DNA from: an uncultured Eubacteriales bacterium | Lineage (GTDB): Bacteria; Bacillota; Clostridia; Lachnospirales; Lachnospiraceae | Assembly: GCA_949299375.1 (NCBI GenBank) | Contig: CASGAH010000001.1 | Coordinates: forward strand, 4,193-68,192 | Direction of reading: 5' to 3' | DNA length: 64,000 nucleotides | Shown here: in pieces, positions 10,332 to 22,199 of the stretch | How the letters are laid out: each line of letters begins with the position of its first letter | Numbering within the stretch: the first letter of the stretch is position 1 | Notes under the pieces: generated by a model | The model's input: only the letters and a program-made list of their open reading frames with translations | What the model was told of the DNA's origin: nothing | Databases searched by the model: none | Made by a program: the position numbers and the translations under genes

Positions 10332-11669
10332 TTACTCCACCCGTCCCATCAGCCACTGTCCATTCTGCACGATGGCCTCATAGGAGAACGACGGGTCATA
10401 TGCGATCCGAATGCCGTGCCGTTCTGCCAGCTGCGGCGTGTACTGATCGAGCGGGTACGTCGTAACATTTGTAAAATATGGGTTCCCTTCCTCCACCTCG
10501 TAGTGTGTCACCAGCAATTTGAGGGAATGATCTGTAATGTACGTCTCTCCATTTTCCTTTCGTATCGTAATATTTGCCATTCCTCCCAACATCGTGCTCG
10601 TCTTGTCCTGAATGGATACGAAATTTCCGAGAGAATAGTAGACAAGCATCGGGCGTTCGTACCCCTCCCGATCGACCCACTGCACCGGCTGTACGACATG
10701 AGGATGGCTTCCAATGACAAGATCCACACCGAGATTCGCCATCATCCGCACAAGGTTTTGCTGCTGTTCGTTTACGTCGTAGGAATACTCGGTTCCCCAG
10801 TGCGGCATCACGATGACAAAGTCAGCGTTTGCCCTGGCCGTCTGAATGTCCGCCTGGATTTTTTCCGTGTCCTGGAGAAGATCGACGAGATACTCCTGCC
10901 CTGCCGGAAGGGTATATCCGTTCAGCCCATATGTATAATTGAGAATTGCAATCCGAATTCCCTCCTGATCGATCACCCGGATCCGGTCCTGATCGTCTTT
11001 GCTCTCATGAATCCCCGTGACACATACCTGCGGGTACTGTTCGTTCCAAAAGCGAATGGTCCTTAAAATCCCATCTGCCCCCTTGTCCATCGTATGGTTG
11101 TTGGCAGACGCAACGACATTGAACCCCGCATTTACAATACTGTGTCCGACTTCCTGTACGGTATTAAAATTCGGATATCCGCTGATCCCAAGATCCAATC
11201 CGCCCAGAATGACTTCCTGGCAGAGAATCTTTACATCTGCCGACTGAAGATCCGGCCCGATCGGCGCAAACAGATGGTCAAAATTCCACGACCCGTCAGC
11301 CTGAAGGCCGCTGTAGCTGACGGAGGCATGCATCAGGTTGTCCCCGACGGCCAGAATGGTTGCTTCCCCGGAAATCTCCGGTTCAGATGGAGTCGGTTCG
11401 GACGCATCGGACTCAGATGGAGTCAATTCCGATATATCCGATTCCGGCTTGCTCTGTCCGTTTGAGTTTTCTTCCGGGAAAGCATCCCACACGGTCGCGG
11501 CGGCTTGCTCCCAGTTTTCGTTTCTGCCGATGATCCCATCCCTCAAATCGGAGGGTTCCCTGGAATTTCCCGATGCAGCGGCGGCCAAAAGCAGCCAGAA
11601 TATCACCAGGGAAAACAGCGTTCCCTCCATAATATGCCTGATCTCTTTCCACATTCTCTTGTTTCTCAT
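10332..11669 (-). CDS. CapA-family (PGA_cap metallophosphatase-like) membrane-anchored protein
   Basis: ORF 10332..11855. Start at MRNKRMWKE (11669) avoids overlap with the upstream gene. TM segment, then HWGTEY / GSHPHV CapA-type motifs. Confidence 0.75.
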   Translation of the reverse strand: MRNKRMWKEIRHIMEGTLFSLVIFWLLLAAAASGNSREPSDLRDGIIGRNENWEQAAATVWDAFPEENSNGQSKPESDISELTPSESDASEPTPSEPEISGEATILAVGDNLMHASVSYSGLQADGSWNFDHLFAPIGPDLQSADVKILCQEVILGGLDLGISGYPNFNTVQEVGHSIVNAGFNVVASANNHTMDKGADGILRTIRFWNEQYPQVCVTGIHESKDDQDRIRVIDQEGIRIAILNYTYGLNGYTLPAGQEYLVDLLQDTEKIQADIQTARANADFVIVMPHWGTEYSYDVNEQQQNLVRMMANLGVDLVIGSHPHVVQPVQWVDREGYERPMLVYYSLGNFVSIQDKTSTMLGGMANITIRKENGETYITDHSLKLLVTHYEVEEGNPYFTNVTTYPLDQYTPQLAERHGIRIAYDPSFSYEAIVQNGQWLMGRVE

Positions 11670-11797
11670 CTGTCCTCCCATTTGCGCGGCTTCCTGCTTC
11701 CACCGCATCGATGCGGCCGCTATTCTTCCACCGCATTTTTTCTTTTTCCACACATGTTCTTTTCCCCTCAGAGGAAACACACCGCTTCTCTCTGATG

Positions 11798-13501
11798 TCA
11801 CAGCAAGGCGAGCCGTTCCAGCGATTGATACAGATTCAGCGTTCCAAATCCCCATTCACGGTTTGGATACGACATCGAAGGGGAACGATCTGCCCCCCGG
11901 ATGAAAAACGTAATTGCCTCCCCTGTGCTGAGATCCGGATCGATTCCCCGATAGACCGCCCACTCCATGAGCAGAGCGCTCGCCCCCGCTGTATGCGCTG
12001 CGGCCACACTCGTTCCGGTTCGCTCCCCATAAAATCCGTTCTGTTCCGGTCCGTAGACAGAGACTGCAGGAGCCGCCAGACTCGGCTTGATCGCTCCATC
12101 CGCCGTATATCCCCGGCTGGAATTCAGGTACAGCCCTCCCGTCCGGTGATCGTACCCGCTTACGGTCATCACAAAATCCGCATTGGCAGGAACCGTCAGC
12201 GTCGTATCCGGACTGGGACGCAAAAACCGGGTTTCCGAAGAGAGAAACTCCCGCATCGGAAGCCACATATGATACGTTCCGGAGACAAACAGAGAATTGT
12301 ACACCTGAAAGCGCCACAGACCCGGCGTTGGATCCAAAAATCGCATCTGAATCAGAAAATTTCCCGACTTGGGATCGGCCAGCTGATACTCTACCGCAAT
12401 CTTTGTCTGGTCGAACACAAAGCTGAGCTGCTGGCTCTGCCCGATTCTCGAGGGAATCCTCGGGACGCGCTCCCCCACCGGGGATTGAATGCTGACAGAG
12501 TAAAGCTCCGGAGCCGATGCCCACAGCTCCAGTGTAAATCCGCGTTCCTCCGCTCCCACCCGAAGCTCCACCTCCTCGTACGGGTCCATCTGTCCGATCT
12601 TCCCCTGAAAGTGGTGCCCTGTCCCGGCCTCATTTCCTCCTGCGGCGACGACAATATGCCGCGGCGCTCTGGCAAATGCGGAGAGCATCTCCGACAATGG
12701 GCCTGTGCCCGTGTGGCTCCCCTGGCTCGATCCGAGGCCAAGACAGATGACAAGCGGAAGCTGCGCTCTCCTGGAAACATACTCCAGATATTGAAGCCCC
12801 AGCATAATATCATTTTCCTGAAATGCCGTCGCGCCCGGTCGAATCCGATAGTAGTCCCGCAAATATTGTTTCGCCGGTTTTAATTTTACCATGGCAATCG
12901 ATGCCCCTGGCGCCGCCCCGATAAAATCGTTTGCCGCATCCTCTCCGCCAGCGGCAATCCCTGCCAGAAACGTTCCGTGCCCCGATTCGTCCTCCTGCGG
13001 CACAGCCGAGAACGGATTTTCCGACCGGAGCGCCGCATCGATGTCTTCTTTTGTATATTCCCTTCCGAACGCCAACCCCGAGGGCGGATCTCCCGTCTGC
13101 TCTGCCTGATCCCAGATTCCGACAATCCGGCTGCTTCCGTCCGGGTTTCGAAAAATCGAAAGCGAGTAGTCAATTCCCGTGTCAAGAAAGCCAATCAACA
13201 CGTTTTTCCCTGTCAGATTGAGCGCCGGCTGCCTTTGAACGTCCAGAATCCGAGACCGCTCCATACTGCTTTGATCCAAAAGCCCAAACAGCTTCGGAAA
13301 GGCATCATATCCGACATCCTGCGCCGATATTTGCCCCAGCACGGAAAGCGGTGCGTGGACAAGGCGATGCCGAAAATCAAGCGGGACACTGCACACCGCC
13401 TGCGGCATCAGCTCCCTGTTTCCCCCAATCGCCTCATAGGGCAAAATAAAATCCGCGTACTCCTCTGACACTGCCACTTCTCTGCATGACCGTTCGCTCA
13501 C
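11798..13501 (-). CDS. S8 (subtilisin-like) serine peptidase, Csp-like germination protease candidate
   Basis: 567-aa ORF with an intact D/H/S triad context (GFLDTGID, SGHGTFLAGIAAG, GTSVAAAHTAGASALL). Size and spore-gene neighbourhood resemble clostridial Csp proteases. Confidence 0.7.
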   Translation of the reverse strand: MSERSCREVAVSEEYADFILPYEAIGGNRELMPQAVCSVPLDFRHRLVHAPLSVLGQISAQDVGYDAFPKLFGLLDQSSMERSRILDVQRQPALNLTGKNVLIGFLDTGIDYSLSIFRNPDGSSRIVGIWDQAEQTGDPPSGLAFGREYTKEDIDAALRSENPFSAVPQEDESGHGTFLAGIAAGGEDAANDFIGAAPGASIAMVKLKPAKQYLRDYYRIRPGATAFQENDIMLGLQYLEYVSRRAQLPLVICLGLGSSQGSHTGTGPLSEMLSAFARAPRHIVVAAGGNEAGTGHHFQGKIGQMDPYEEVELRVGAEERGFTLELWASAPELYSVSIQSPVGERVPRIPSRIGQSQQLSFVFDQTKIAVEYQLADPKSGNFLIQMRFLDPTPGLWRFQVYNSLFVSGTYHMWLPMREFLSSETRFLRPSPDTTLTVPANADFVMTVSGYDHRTGGLYLNSSRGYTADGAIKPSLAAPAVSVYGPEQNGFYGERTGTSVAAAHTAGASALLMEWAVYRGIDPDLSTGEAITFFIRGADRSPSMSYPNREWGFGTLNLYQSLERLALL

Positions 13502-13624
13502 CCAAAAACTCCTTTTCTATCCGATCGATATTGGAGTCAGAACCCCTCATATCATCTTATCGAAAACAAGCATAATTTAGAACTGCTTTTATGCGGTGAA
13601 CCGCAGCTCATCGCATAAAAGCAG

Positions 13625-14986
13625 TTATCCCTCCAATGCCAGATACCCGCGTGTCTCGATCAGCGGGCCGCCTTTTCTTTCAATATAGGACTCTGTGATC
13701 GTAACTCTTCCAATGTTGTCATCTTTGGGAATCTCGTACATGATGTCCAGCATAAATTCCTCGATGATGGCGCGAAGCGCTCTGGCTCCTGTATTTTTCT
13801 TCATGGCAAGCTCTGCGATGGCGCGAAGCGCCCCCGGCTCAAAGCAGAGATCGACCTCATCCATCGCCAGAAGCTTTTGATACTGCCGCACAATCGCATT
13901 TTTCGGTTCCGTGAGTACCCGAATGAGGATGTCCCGGCTCATCGGCTCCAGCGTATAGACGATGGGAAGGCGTCCCAAAAACTCCGGTATCATGCCGAAG
14001 GTGCGCAGATCCTCAATCTGAACATAGCGCAAAAGATCCTGCTCCTTGTCATAGTGATCTCTCAGCTGTGCCTGAAATCCCATCGAGGACTTCTCCCGCA
14101 GCCGCTCCTTGATGATCTCCTCCAGATCCGGAAAAGCTCCGCCGCAAATGAAAAGGATGTCCTTTGTGTTGACCGTTTTTAAAGGAACCATTGCATTTTT
14201 GCTGTTTGCCCCCACCGGGACTTCAATCTCAGCCCCCTCCAGCAGCTTTAGCAGCCCCTGCTGCACCGCTTCTCCGCTGACATCTCTCTGATTTGTATTC
14301 TTTTTCTTGGCAAGCTTGTCAATCTCGTCGATGTAGATAATTCCACGCTGCGCGCGCTCCACATCGTTATCCGCCGCCGCCAGAAGTTTTGAGACGACGC
14401 TCTCGATGTCATCGCCAATGTATCCCGCCTCTGTGAGGGAGGTGGCATCGGCGATCGCCAGCGGAACGTCCAGAAGTTTGGCCAGCGTCTTTACAAGATA
14501 TGTTTTTCCGCTTCCTGTAGGGCCAATCATCAGCATATTGGACTTTTCAATCTCAACCTCTCCGTCTTCTTCGGCGCAGATCCGTTTGTAGTGATTGTAT
14601 ACCGCCACAGAGATAATCTTTTTCGCGCGGTCCTGACCTACCACATATTCGTTTAACCGTTTGTTGATCTGATGCGGAGCGGGAATGGAGTGAATGTCAA
14701 TCACCGGCGTTGACTGCTCATCGTTTCCCGGCTTTTTGATCTTTTGATACCCCGGCCTTTCCTGTTCGTTTTGATCCACCGGGGGAACTCCAAATCCCAT
14801 CATGTTGAACCCTCCATACGGAAATCCCTGGTTCATCTGATCCATTGTGCGCTGCATACAGTCATTGCAGATACAAATATTCCCCGGCATTGTGATCATC
14901 CGACCCGTTTTGCTTTCCGGGCGGCGACAGATATAACAAATTTGTTCATATTCTTCCTTTTTGTTCTTGTTCTTGTCTTCTGCCAT
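13625..14986 (-). CDS. clpX: ATP-dependent Clp protease ATP-binding subunit ClpX
   Basis: C4 zinc-binding N-domain (CYIC...CICNDC), Walker A (GPTGSGKT), and Walker B (IIYIDEIDK). Start at MAEDKNK with an AGGGG RBS. Confidence 0.9.
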   Translation of the reverse strand: MAEDKNKNKKEEYEQICYICRRPESKTGRMITMPGNICICNDCMQRTMDQMNQGFPYGGFNMMGFGVPPVDQNEQERPGYQKIKKPGNDEQSTPVIDIHSIPAPHQINKRLNEYVVGQDRAKKIISVAVYNHYKRICAEEDGEVEIEKSNMLMIGPTGSGKTYLVKTLAKLLDVPLAIADATSLTEAGYIGDDIESVVSKLLAAADNDVERAQRGIIYIDEIDKLAKKKNTNQRDVSGEAVQQGLLKLLEGAEIEVPVGANSKNAMVPLKTVNTKDILFICGGAFPDLEEIIKERLREKSSMGFQAQLRDHYDKEQDLLRYVQIEDLRTFGMIPEFLGRLPIVYTLEPMSRDILIRVLTEPKNAIVRQYQKLLAMDEVDLCFEPGALRAIAELAMKKNTGARALRAIIEEFMLDIMYEIPKDDNIGRVTITESYIERKGGPLIETRGYLALEG

Positions 14987-15209
14987 AATACCCCTAACCA
15001 TTCATTGTATGTTTTTTCTCAGCATCATTCCGGATCCAAATCCGATCCGCTGAAATCCATTATATCGTTTACCGGGAAAAGATACAATGAAGTTTTTATT
15101 AATTTTTTATCGAAATTCCCTCGCCCGGGCGAGATGTCAAAAAGGCGGACCGTCTGACGGGCATTTGTCCGCCAAACGGTCCACCTGTATCGTTTCGTCT
15201 CTTGACCTC

Positions 15210-16752
<1,543 letters not shown>

Positions 16753-17087
16753 GTTTTATCCACCTTTTATACTGTGTTCCATCTTCCGCTCTTTGCAAAA
16801 AAGATCCGATGGATTGAAATAATATGGCGCACTGCCATTGGATTAGCCGTTTCTCCTATCATAGCAAGCGGCCCGGATTTTGTCAATCTCTTTCCGTCTT
16901 CGCAGGCATACCGTTTTCTCTATCATTGTCATAACTGTTGATTATACCGCGCCCCATTATTATACGCTTTTCATCATACAGCTCCCCGCCCTGCCTCTTC
17001 TGGGAATCGAAACGCAACGCGCCCTCCTCCGCTTTGGGATGCAAACCGTCTGAAATTCTGCAAATTTGAAAAACATTTTCATTTTGC

Positions 17088-17116
17088 TTGACAAACCTTT
17101 CCCTGCTGTTTAGAAT
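17088..17116 (+). promoter_or_regulatory. sigma-A-type promoter upstream of the Fur-family gene
   Basis: TTGACA (17088..17093), 17-nt spacer, TAGAAT (17111..17116). Confidence 0.5.
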
Positions 17117-17153
17117 AAGAAAATGACTTTGGAAAAAAGGAAGGGGAAATGGT

Positions 17154-17663
17154 ATGACCAGACAATACCGCACCAAACAGCAGCAGGCGATTTTAGACTG
17201 TATGCGGGAAAATCAGGATTCCTATGTCACCGCAGGCATGATTGCAGAATATGTCACAGGCAAGGGAATGTCCATCGGCCTCGCAACGATCTATCGCCAG
17301 CTCGATAAGCTGGAGCGAAACGGGGACATTCACCGGATCGCAGTGGACGGCACTTCCAGTGTATGCTTTCAATACTGTCCCAAGGAGGATTCTTCCTCCC
17401 AGTTCTATCTGAAATGTGAATGCTGCGGGAAGATCATTCATCTGGATTGTTCCCATCTTCAGGGACTTTATTCCCATGTGGAGACCGACCATCAATTTCA
17501 GATCAATCCTCAGCGCACCATTTTCTACGGGCGGTGTCAGGACTGCATCGCGCCCCTTCCTGCGGCACCCGCCTCCACCCCGAAGATGACGATGCATTCC
17601 TGCAAAGTCGGATGCCGCTGCCGCCACAAACAACAGATTGAAGAAGAACGGAGGTTTTCTTAA
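17154..17663 (+). CDS. zur: Fur-family transcriptional regulator (Zur-like by context)
   Basis: 169-aa ORF with a winged-helix N-terminus (QQQAILDCMRENQ...ATIYRQLDKLERNGDIHR) and CxxC pairs. Heads a Zn-type ABC uptake cluster. Confidence 0.75.
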   Translation: MTRQYRTKQQQAILDCMRENQDSYVTAGMIAEYVTGKGMSIGLATIYRQLDKLERNGDIHRIAVDGTSSVCFQYCPKEDSSSQFYLKCECCGKIIHLDCSHLQGLYSHVETDHQFQINPQRTIFYGRCQDCIAPLPAAPASTPKMTMHSCKVGCRCRHKQQIEEERRFS

Positions 17664-17664
17664 A

Positions 17665-18666
17665 ATGAAACGACACGCTCATTTTGTTCCTTTTCTTTTG
17701 TTTCTTATATTGTTCTCCCTGTCCGTTTCCCTGACCGGGTGCGCTGCAGGCACATCTTCCGCTTCGGAGGAAGGCGACGACGGAAAACTTCGTGTTGTTG
17801 TCACCCTCTTTCCCTACTACGACTTTGTGCGTCAAATTGCAGGGGATCACGTTCACCTGACGATGATGGTTCCTGCGGGAATGGACACACACTCCTTTGA
17901 GCCGACCCCCTCTGACCTGGTTCAGCTTCAAAAGGCAGACCTTTTTGTTTACAACGGGGGCGAACTGGAAGGCTGGGTGGATTCCATGCTCGAGTCCATT
18001 TCGACCGATCGGCTCACCGTTTACAACGTGCTCGAATCGCTGGAATCTCAGCAGGAAACCGCTTCCCTTCTTTTAGAGGAGGAAGATCAGCACGAGGATG
18101 AGAGCGGAAAAAGTCACGAAATCGATGAACACATCTGGACGTCCCCGCTTCTTGCGCAGACAATCGTTTCGGAACTGACGCAGTGGCTGTGTGAGGCAGA
18201 TCCTGACCAGGCCGAGATCTACAGGGAAAATGCCGCCTCTTATCTGGAGCAGCTGGCACAGCTGGATGCACAATTTCGGGAAACGGCAGAAAACAGCCCG
18301 CTTTCTGTCCTTGTATTTGGCGACAAGTTTCCCTTCCGCTACTTTACCCACACGTACGAGCTTGACTATTACGCCGCATTCTCCTCCTGCAGCTCGGAGA
18401 CAGAGCCAAGCGCCGCCACGCTTGCTCTGCTGATTGATACCGTTCGGGATCAGGAGATCCCTGTTGTCTACTATGTGGAGCTGAGCAGCCAGAAGGTGGC
18501 CGACAACATCTGCGAGGCAACCGGAGCACAGAAGCTTCTCTTTCACTCCTGCCACAATGTCACCGCGGAGGAATTCAACGATGGCGTCACCTATCTGGAT
18601 TTGATGAAGCAAAACCTGGAACACTTAAGAATCGGTCTCGCCTACAGCGCCAATGACCCGTCCTAA
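17665..18666 (+). CDS. znuA: metal (zinc-type) ABC transporter substrate-binding lipoprotein
   Basis: Signal peptide with lipobox (LTGCAAG) and an acidic/His-rich loop (EEEDQHEDESGKSHEIDEH) typical of ZnuA/AdcA. Start at MKRHAHF, immediately after the zur stop. Confidence 0.8.
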   Translation: MKRHAHFVPFLLFLILFSLSVSLTGCAAGTSSASEEGDDGKLRVVVTLFPYYDFVRQIAGDHVHLTMMVPAGMDTHSFEPTPSDLVQLQKADLFVYNGGELEGWVDSMLESISTDRLTVYNVLESLESQQETASLLLEEEDQHEDESGKSHEIDEHIWTSPLLAQTIVSELTQWLCEADPDQAEIYRENAASYLEQLAQLDAQFRETAENSPLSVLVFGDKFPFRYFTHTYELDYYAAFSSCSSETEPSAATLALLIDTVRDQEIPVVYYVELSSQKVADNICEATGAQKLLFHSCHNVTAEEFNDGVTYLDLMKQNLEHLRIGLAYSANDPS

Positions 18667-19412
18667 TGAAGAAAGGAAATGGAATCCCAATGGAAGAAAC
18701 GCAAAAAAAACCGCTGCTCTCCTGTGTTCACACCCGGCTCGGCTACGAAGACCGCGTTGTGATGGACGATCTCAACATTTCGATTTATCCGGGAGATTAT
18801 GTGTGCGTCGTCGGAGAAAACGGATCCGGGAAAAGTACGCTGATTAAGACGCTGCTCGGATTGATTAAGCCGCTGAAAGGGGAGGTGCAGGCCGCAGACT
18901 GCCTAAAGGGAGGCAGCATCGGATATCTCCCCCAGCAGACGCTGGCTCAAAAAGATTTTCCCGCCACGGTCATGGAAGTTGTCCTCTCCGGTTTCCTCAA
19001 TGAGTGCCGGCACCGTCCCTTCTACACCCGAAAAGAGCGGGAAATGGCATATCAAAATATGGAAAAGCTCGATGTTTTGAGCCTGAAGAAAAGCTGTTAT
19101 CGGAATCTGTCCGGCGGACAGCAGCAGCGGGTTCTCCTTGCGAGAGCCTTGTGCGCCGCAGACAGACTTTTGATTTTAGACGAGCCGGTGACAGGGCTTG
19201 ACCCCGCCGCCGCCGCAGATCTGTATGAGACACTGGATTTTCTAAATCAGAAAGAACAAATGGCGATCCTGATGGTTACCCACGACATTCAGAATGCCCT
19301 TTTCCGAGCGCACAAAATTCTCCACATCGGAGCGGAAACACATTTTTATTCCTCTCCGGAACAATATCTGCGCTCAGAAGAGGGAAAACGGTTCGCTGCG
19401 GTCCCGAGATAA
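18666..19412 (+). CDS. znuC: metal ABC transporter ATP-binding protein
   Basis: Walker A (GENGSGKST), ABC signature (LSGGQQQR), and Walker B (LLILDEP). Confidence 0.85.
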   Translation: MKKGNGIPMEETQKKPLLSCVHTRLGYEDRVVMDDLNISIYPGDYVCVVGENGSGKSTLIKTLLGLIKPLKGEVQAADCLKGGSIGYLPQQTLAQKDFPATVMEVVLSGFLNECRHRPFYTRKEREMAYQNMEKLDVLSLKKSCYRNLSGGQQQRVLLARALCAADRLLILDEPVTGLDPAAAADLYETLDFLNQKEQMAILMVTHDIQNALFRAHKILHIGAETHFYSSPEQYLRSEEGKRFAAVPR

Positions 19413-19452
19413 TGCCGTCTGATTCACACCAATCGAAAAGAGGAGCAATCCA

Positions 19453-20283
19453 ATGAATGAAATTGTGCAAATGTTTTCCTATCCCTTTATTGTCCGGGCG
19501 TTTGTCGTAGGAATTCTCGTTTCCCTCTGCGCCGCCCTCCTGGGCGTAAGCCTTGTCCTGAAACGGTATTCCATGATCGGAGACGGCCTCTCCCATGTCT
19601 CTTTCGGCGCCCTGTCTGTCGCTGTGGCGATGGGATTGGCTCCACTGAAAGTCTCCATCCCCGTTGTCGTCATCGCCGCGTTCTTTCTCCTTCGCCTTCG
19701 GGAAAACGGCCCGATGAGAAGCGACGCAGCCATCGCAGTCATGTCCGCCGCTTCCCTTGCCATCGGTGTAACCGTCACAGCTGTCACGACCGGCATGACA
19801 ACCGATGTGTGCAGCTATATGTTTGGAAGCATCCTTGTGATGAATCAGGAAGATGTCATTTTAAGCATTCTTCTCTCCTGTCTTGTCCTCGGTATGTTTC
19901 TTCTGTGCTACCATAAAATATTTGCCGTCACGTTCGATGAGAGCTTTGCGCGGGCTACCGGCGTGAAAGTCAACTTCTATAACTCTCTCATTGCTGTGCT
20001 GACTGCTGTCACCATTGTCCTCGGCATGAGAATGATGGGAGCCATGCTGATTTCAAGCCTTATCATCTTCCCGGCGCTCACTTCTATGCGTCTGCTGAAA
20101 AGCTTCAAGAGTGTTGTCATCTGTTCCGGGATCCTGTCCGTCGTCTGCTTCTCCATCGGCCTGATCTGCTCCTACTTCTTTAACACTCCGGCGGGGGCAA
20201 GCGTCGTCCTTGTGAATTTGCTCGCCTTCCTCCTCTTTTGGAGCATTCAGTACATTCAGGAATCGATTTCACGGAAACGCTGA
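19453..20283 (+). CDS. znuB: metal ABC transporter permease
   Basis: 276-aa polytopic membrane ORF of ABC-3 family size, in the expected position. Confidence 0.85.
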   Translation: MNEIVQMFSYPFIVRAFVVGILVSLCAALLGVSLVLKRYSMIGDGLSHVSFGALSVAVAMGLAPLKVSIPVVVIAAFFLLRLRENGPMRSDAAIAVMSAASLAIGVTVTAVTTGMTTDVCSYMFGSILVMNQEDVILSILLSCLVLGMFLLCYHKIFAVTFDESFARATGVKVNFYNSLIAVLTAVTIVLGMRMMGAMLISSLIIFPALTSMRLLKSFKSVVICSGILSVVCFSIGLICSYFFNTPAGASVVLVNLLAFLLFWSIQYIQESISRKR

Positions 20284-20290
20284 CCCGCGC

Positions 20291-20869
20291 TCACTGCATC
20301 CGCTCCATGATGCGCCTTAGCTGCACCGCAAGGAAGGCTGCCGCGATACACTTCAATAGATCCAACGGAATGTAGGGGACAACTGCCATCAGAAGGGCTG
20401 CCGACAGACTGATTTTCAGTTGAATCATCAAATGGATTGTACCGATTGCATAAATAATCGGCATCCCAATGCCAATGGCAGCAAAGGTGTACCCGATTGT
20501 GTCCGCAGCCGCATGTGATTTGCAGAATTTTCTCATCCAAAGAGACGCACAGTGGCTGCATGCTGACAGCGCTGGCGCTGCCGCAAGAAAGGCCACAATA
20601 TATCCGCCTGTAGGCCCGAAGAGCTTTGCCGGGCCTCCTGTTCCCCCGGCAAAGACGGGGACTCCGATCAGGCCAAGAAGAATGTAGACAAAGACAGTCA
20701 AAAAGGACGGGTAAGGCGTTAAAAGCAGCGCAATCAGATTCACCATCAGCGTCTGCAGCGTCAGCGGGACATCGCCGCCAATCGGAATGCTCACATAAGC
20801 GGATGCAGAAAGAAGCGCGGCCAGAAGCGCCATCATCGTCAAATCCCTCGTTTTTAATTTTCGTTTCAC
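20291..20869 (-). CDS. bioY: biotin transporter BioY
   Basis: BioY-like hydrophobic protein (SIPIGGDVPLTLQTLMV, GYIVAF). I prefer a GTG start at 20869, preceded by GAGGAG, over the track start at 20974. Confidence 0.8.
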   Translation of the reverse strand: MKRKLKTRDLTMMALLAALLSASAYVSIPIGGDVPLTLQTLMVNLIALLLTPYPSFLTVFVYILLGLIGVPVFAGGTGGPAKLFGPTGGYIVAFLAAAPALSACSHCASLWMRKFCKSHAAADTIGYTFAAIGIGMPIIYAIGTIHLMIQLKISLSAALLMAVVPYIPLDLLKCIAAAFLAVQLRRIMERMQ

Positions 20870-20940
20870 AACTTTTTCTCCTCTATCATAAGACTTGCCG
20901 TGTCGTCCGGCGTATCTTATTATAGAAGGGTTTATTCTGA

Positions 20941-20975
20941 TTGTCAACTTGTTTCTTTCATAATTGGTTAACAAT
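20941..20975. promoter_or_regulatory. candidate BirA operator (inverted repeat) upstream of bioY
   Basis: TTGTCAAC-N-GGTTAACAA imperfect palindrome (TGTcAAC / GTTaACA half-sites). Resembles Firmicute BirA sites. Confidence 0.45.
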
Positions 20976-21030
20976 CCACTTCCTTTCCTGCTCCGACCGT
21001 TCCGCCATCCGGCACGATAACCGTCTTATC

Positions 21031-21966
21031 TTATCCTGAGATCGTACACAGAAATGAGATGGCCGTTTTGTATTTCGACGTGAGCCGCTCATATTCTTCC
21101 TCTGTGATTGCCAGCACGCCTCCATGACGCTTCTTTCTCGTTCCCATATCGTACGCATTTTCAGGCAGGATGCAAAATTCGCCGCTGGAGAGATCGGATG
21201 ACACCATCGGCAAATATCCCTTCCCCGCGAGGAATTGATCGGCAATCACGCACCATGTCTTGTTATCCCTCAGCAAATACCCTTCCGGGCCTTCTACCCC
21301 CTCCAGATCTCTCAAAACAGGAGAATCAATCTCACGGTACGGTCCGCCAAGCGCCTGGGACTGCTCCAGAATCAGACGTTTTTTCGTCTCGTCTTTTGAG
21401 ATTCTATAATAGAATCCTTCGCTCTCTAAAATTGTCGTATCAATCACATCGTTTTCCCGCTCCATATAGAGAAATGTCTGCGAGAATGAGCGAAAATCTT
21501 TCGTATATGCGGCATATATCCGATGTTTTCCTTCCTTCTCCCCCGGATCCTTTACGTGAGAGGCAAAGAAGACGAAAAATTCTCCTTTTTCTCTGTCAAA
21601 TACGGCCTCCGGCGCCCATACGCATCCGGCTTTCGGAATTCCCACGCTACAGCTTCTCTCCCGACTCCAGCAGACAAGATCTTCTGATTCCCAGACAATC
21701 AAGCTGCGGCTTCCGCTCTCCTGGGCAGCGCGCCATCCGTTTCCCGCTTCAATCCGAAGATCCGTCGCCATCAGATAAAACTTCCCGTCAAGCGGACTTC
21801 GGACCAAAAACGGATCGCGCACCCCGCAGGTCCCAGTCCGGGAGACAAGAACGGGATTTCCGCCGTTTAGATCGTTCCAGTGCAGTCCATCGCGGCTCAC
21901 AGAAAAATAGACCTGTTCCCCGTCCTTCTCCTCTCCGATAAAATAGACAAATAGATATCCTCCCAT
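21031..21966 (-). CDS. glycoside hydrolase family 43-like protein
   Basis: ORF 21031..22077. Start at MGGYLFVYF (21966) with a GGAAGGAG RBS. Beta-propeller GH43-type motifs (VRDPFLV, WAPE). Confidence 0.7.
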   Translation of the reverse strand: MGGYLFVYFIGEEKDGEQVYFSVSRDGLHWNDLNGGNPVLVSRTGTCGVRDPFLVRSPLDGKFYLMATDLRIEAGNGWRAAQESGSRSLIVWESEDLVCWSRERSCSVGIPKAGCVWAPEAVFDREKGEFFVFFASHVKDPGEKEGKHRIYAAYTKDFRSFSQTFLYMERENDVIDTTILESEGFYYRISKDETKKRLILEQSQALGGPYREIDSPVLRDLEGVEGPEGYLLRDNKTWCVIADQFLAGKGYLPMVSSDLSSGEFCILPENAYDMGTRKKRHGGVLAITEEEYERLTSKYKTAISFLCTISG

Positions 21967-22199
21967 GGCATACACTCCTTCCTCTCCGCCCTTCCCTATC
22001 CTCTGCGATCCGTCCTGCCCGTCAGATGCCCTCCGGGCGTATCGCAGAAAAAAAGGAGAAGACATAATGCGATGCAATCATGCCTGCTCCTTTTCTACAA
22101 AAACTAGCTGCTGTTCGCAGTTTTGCGGGTTCCAAAGTCATGCATCACCATGTAACGGGATGCATGGCCGTTCGACCCTGATAGCATAGGATGGGATTA

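Noticed and set aside
9612-11066. 484-aa plus-strand ORF and other long + ORFs (25191..26159, 30221..31573, 42119..43411, 50909..51886, 11711..12883)
   Set aside because: All lie opposite well-supported minus-strand genes (dpaA/capA, the ABC transporter, gpmI, the 3D-domain gene, dnaE, the S8 protease). Their compositions are implausible.
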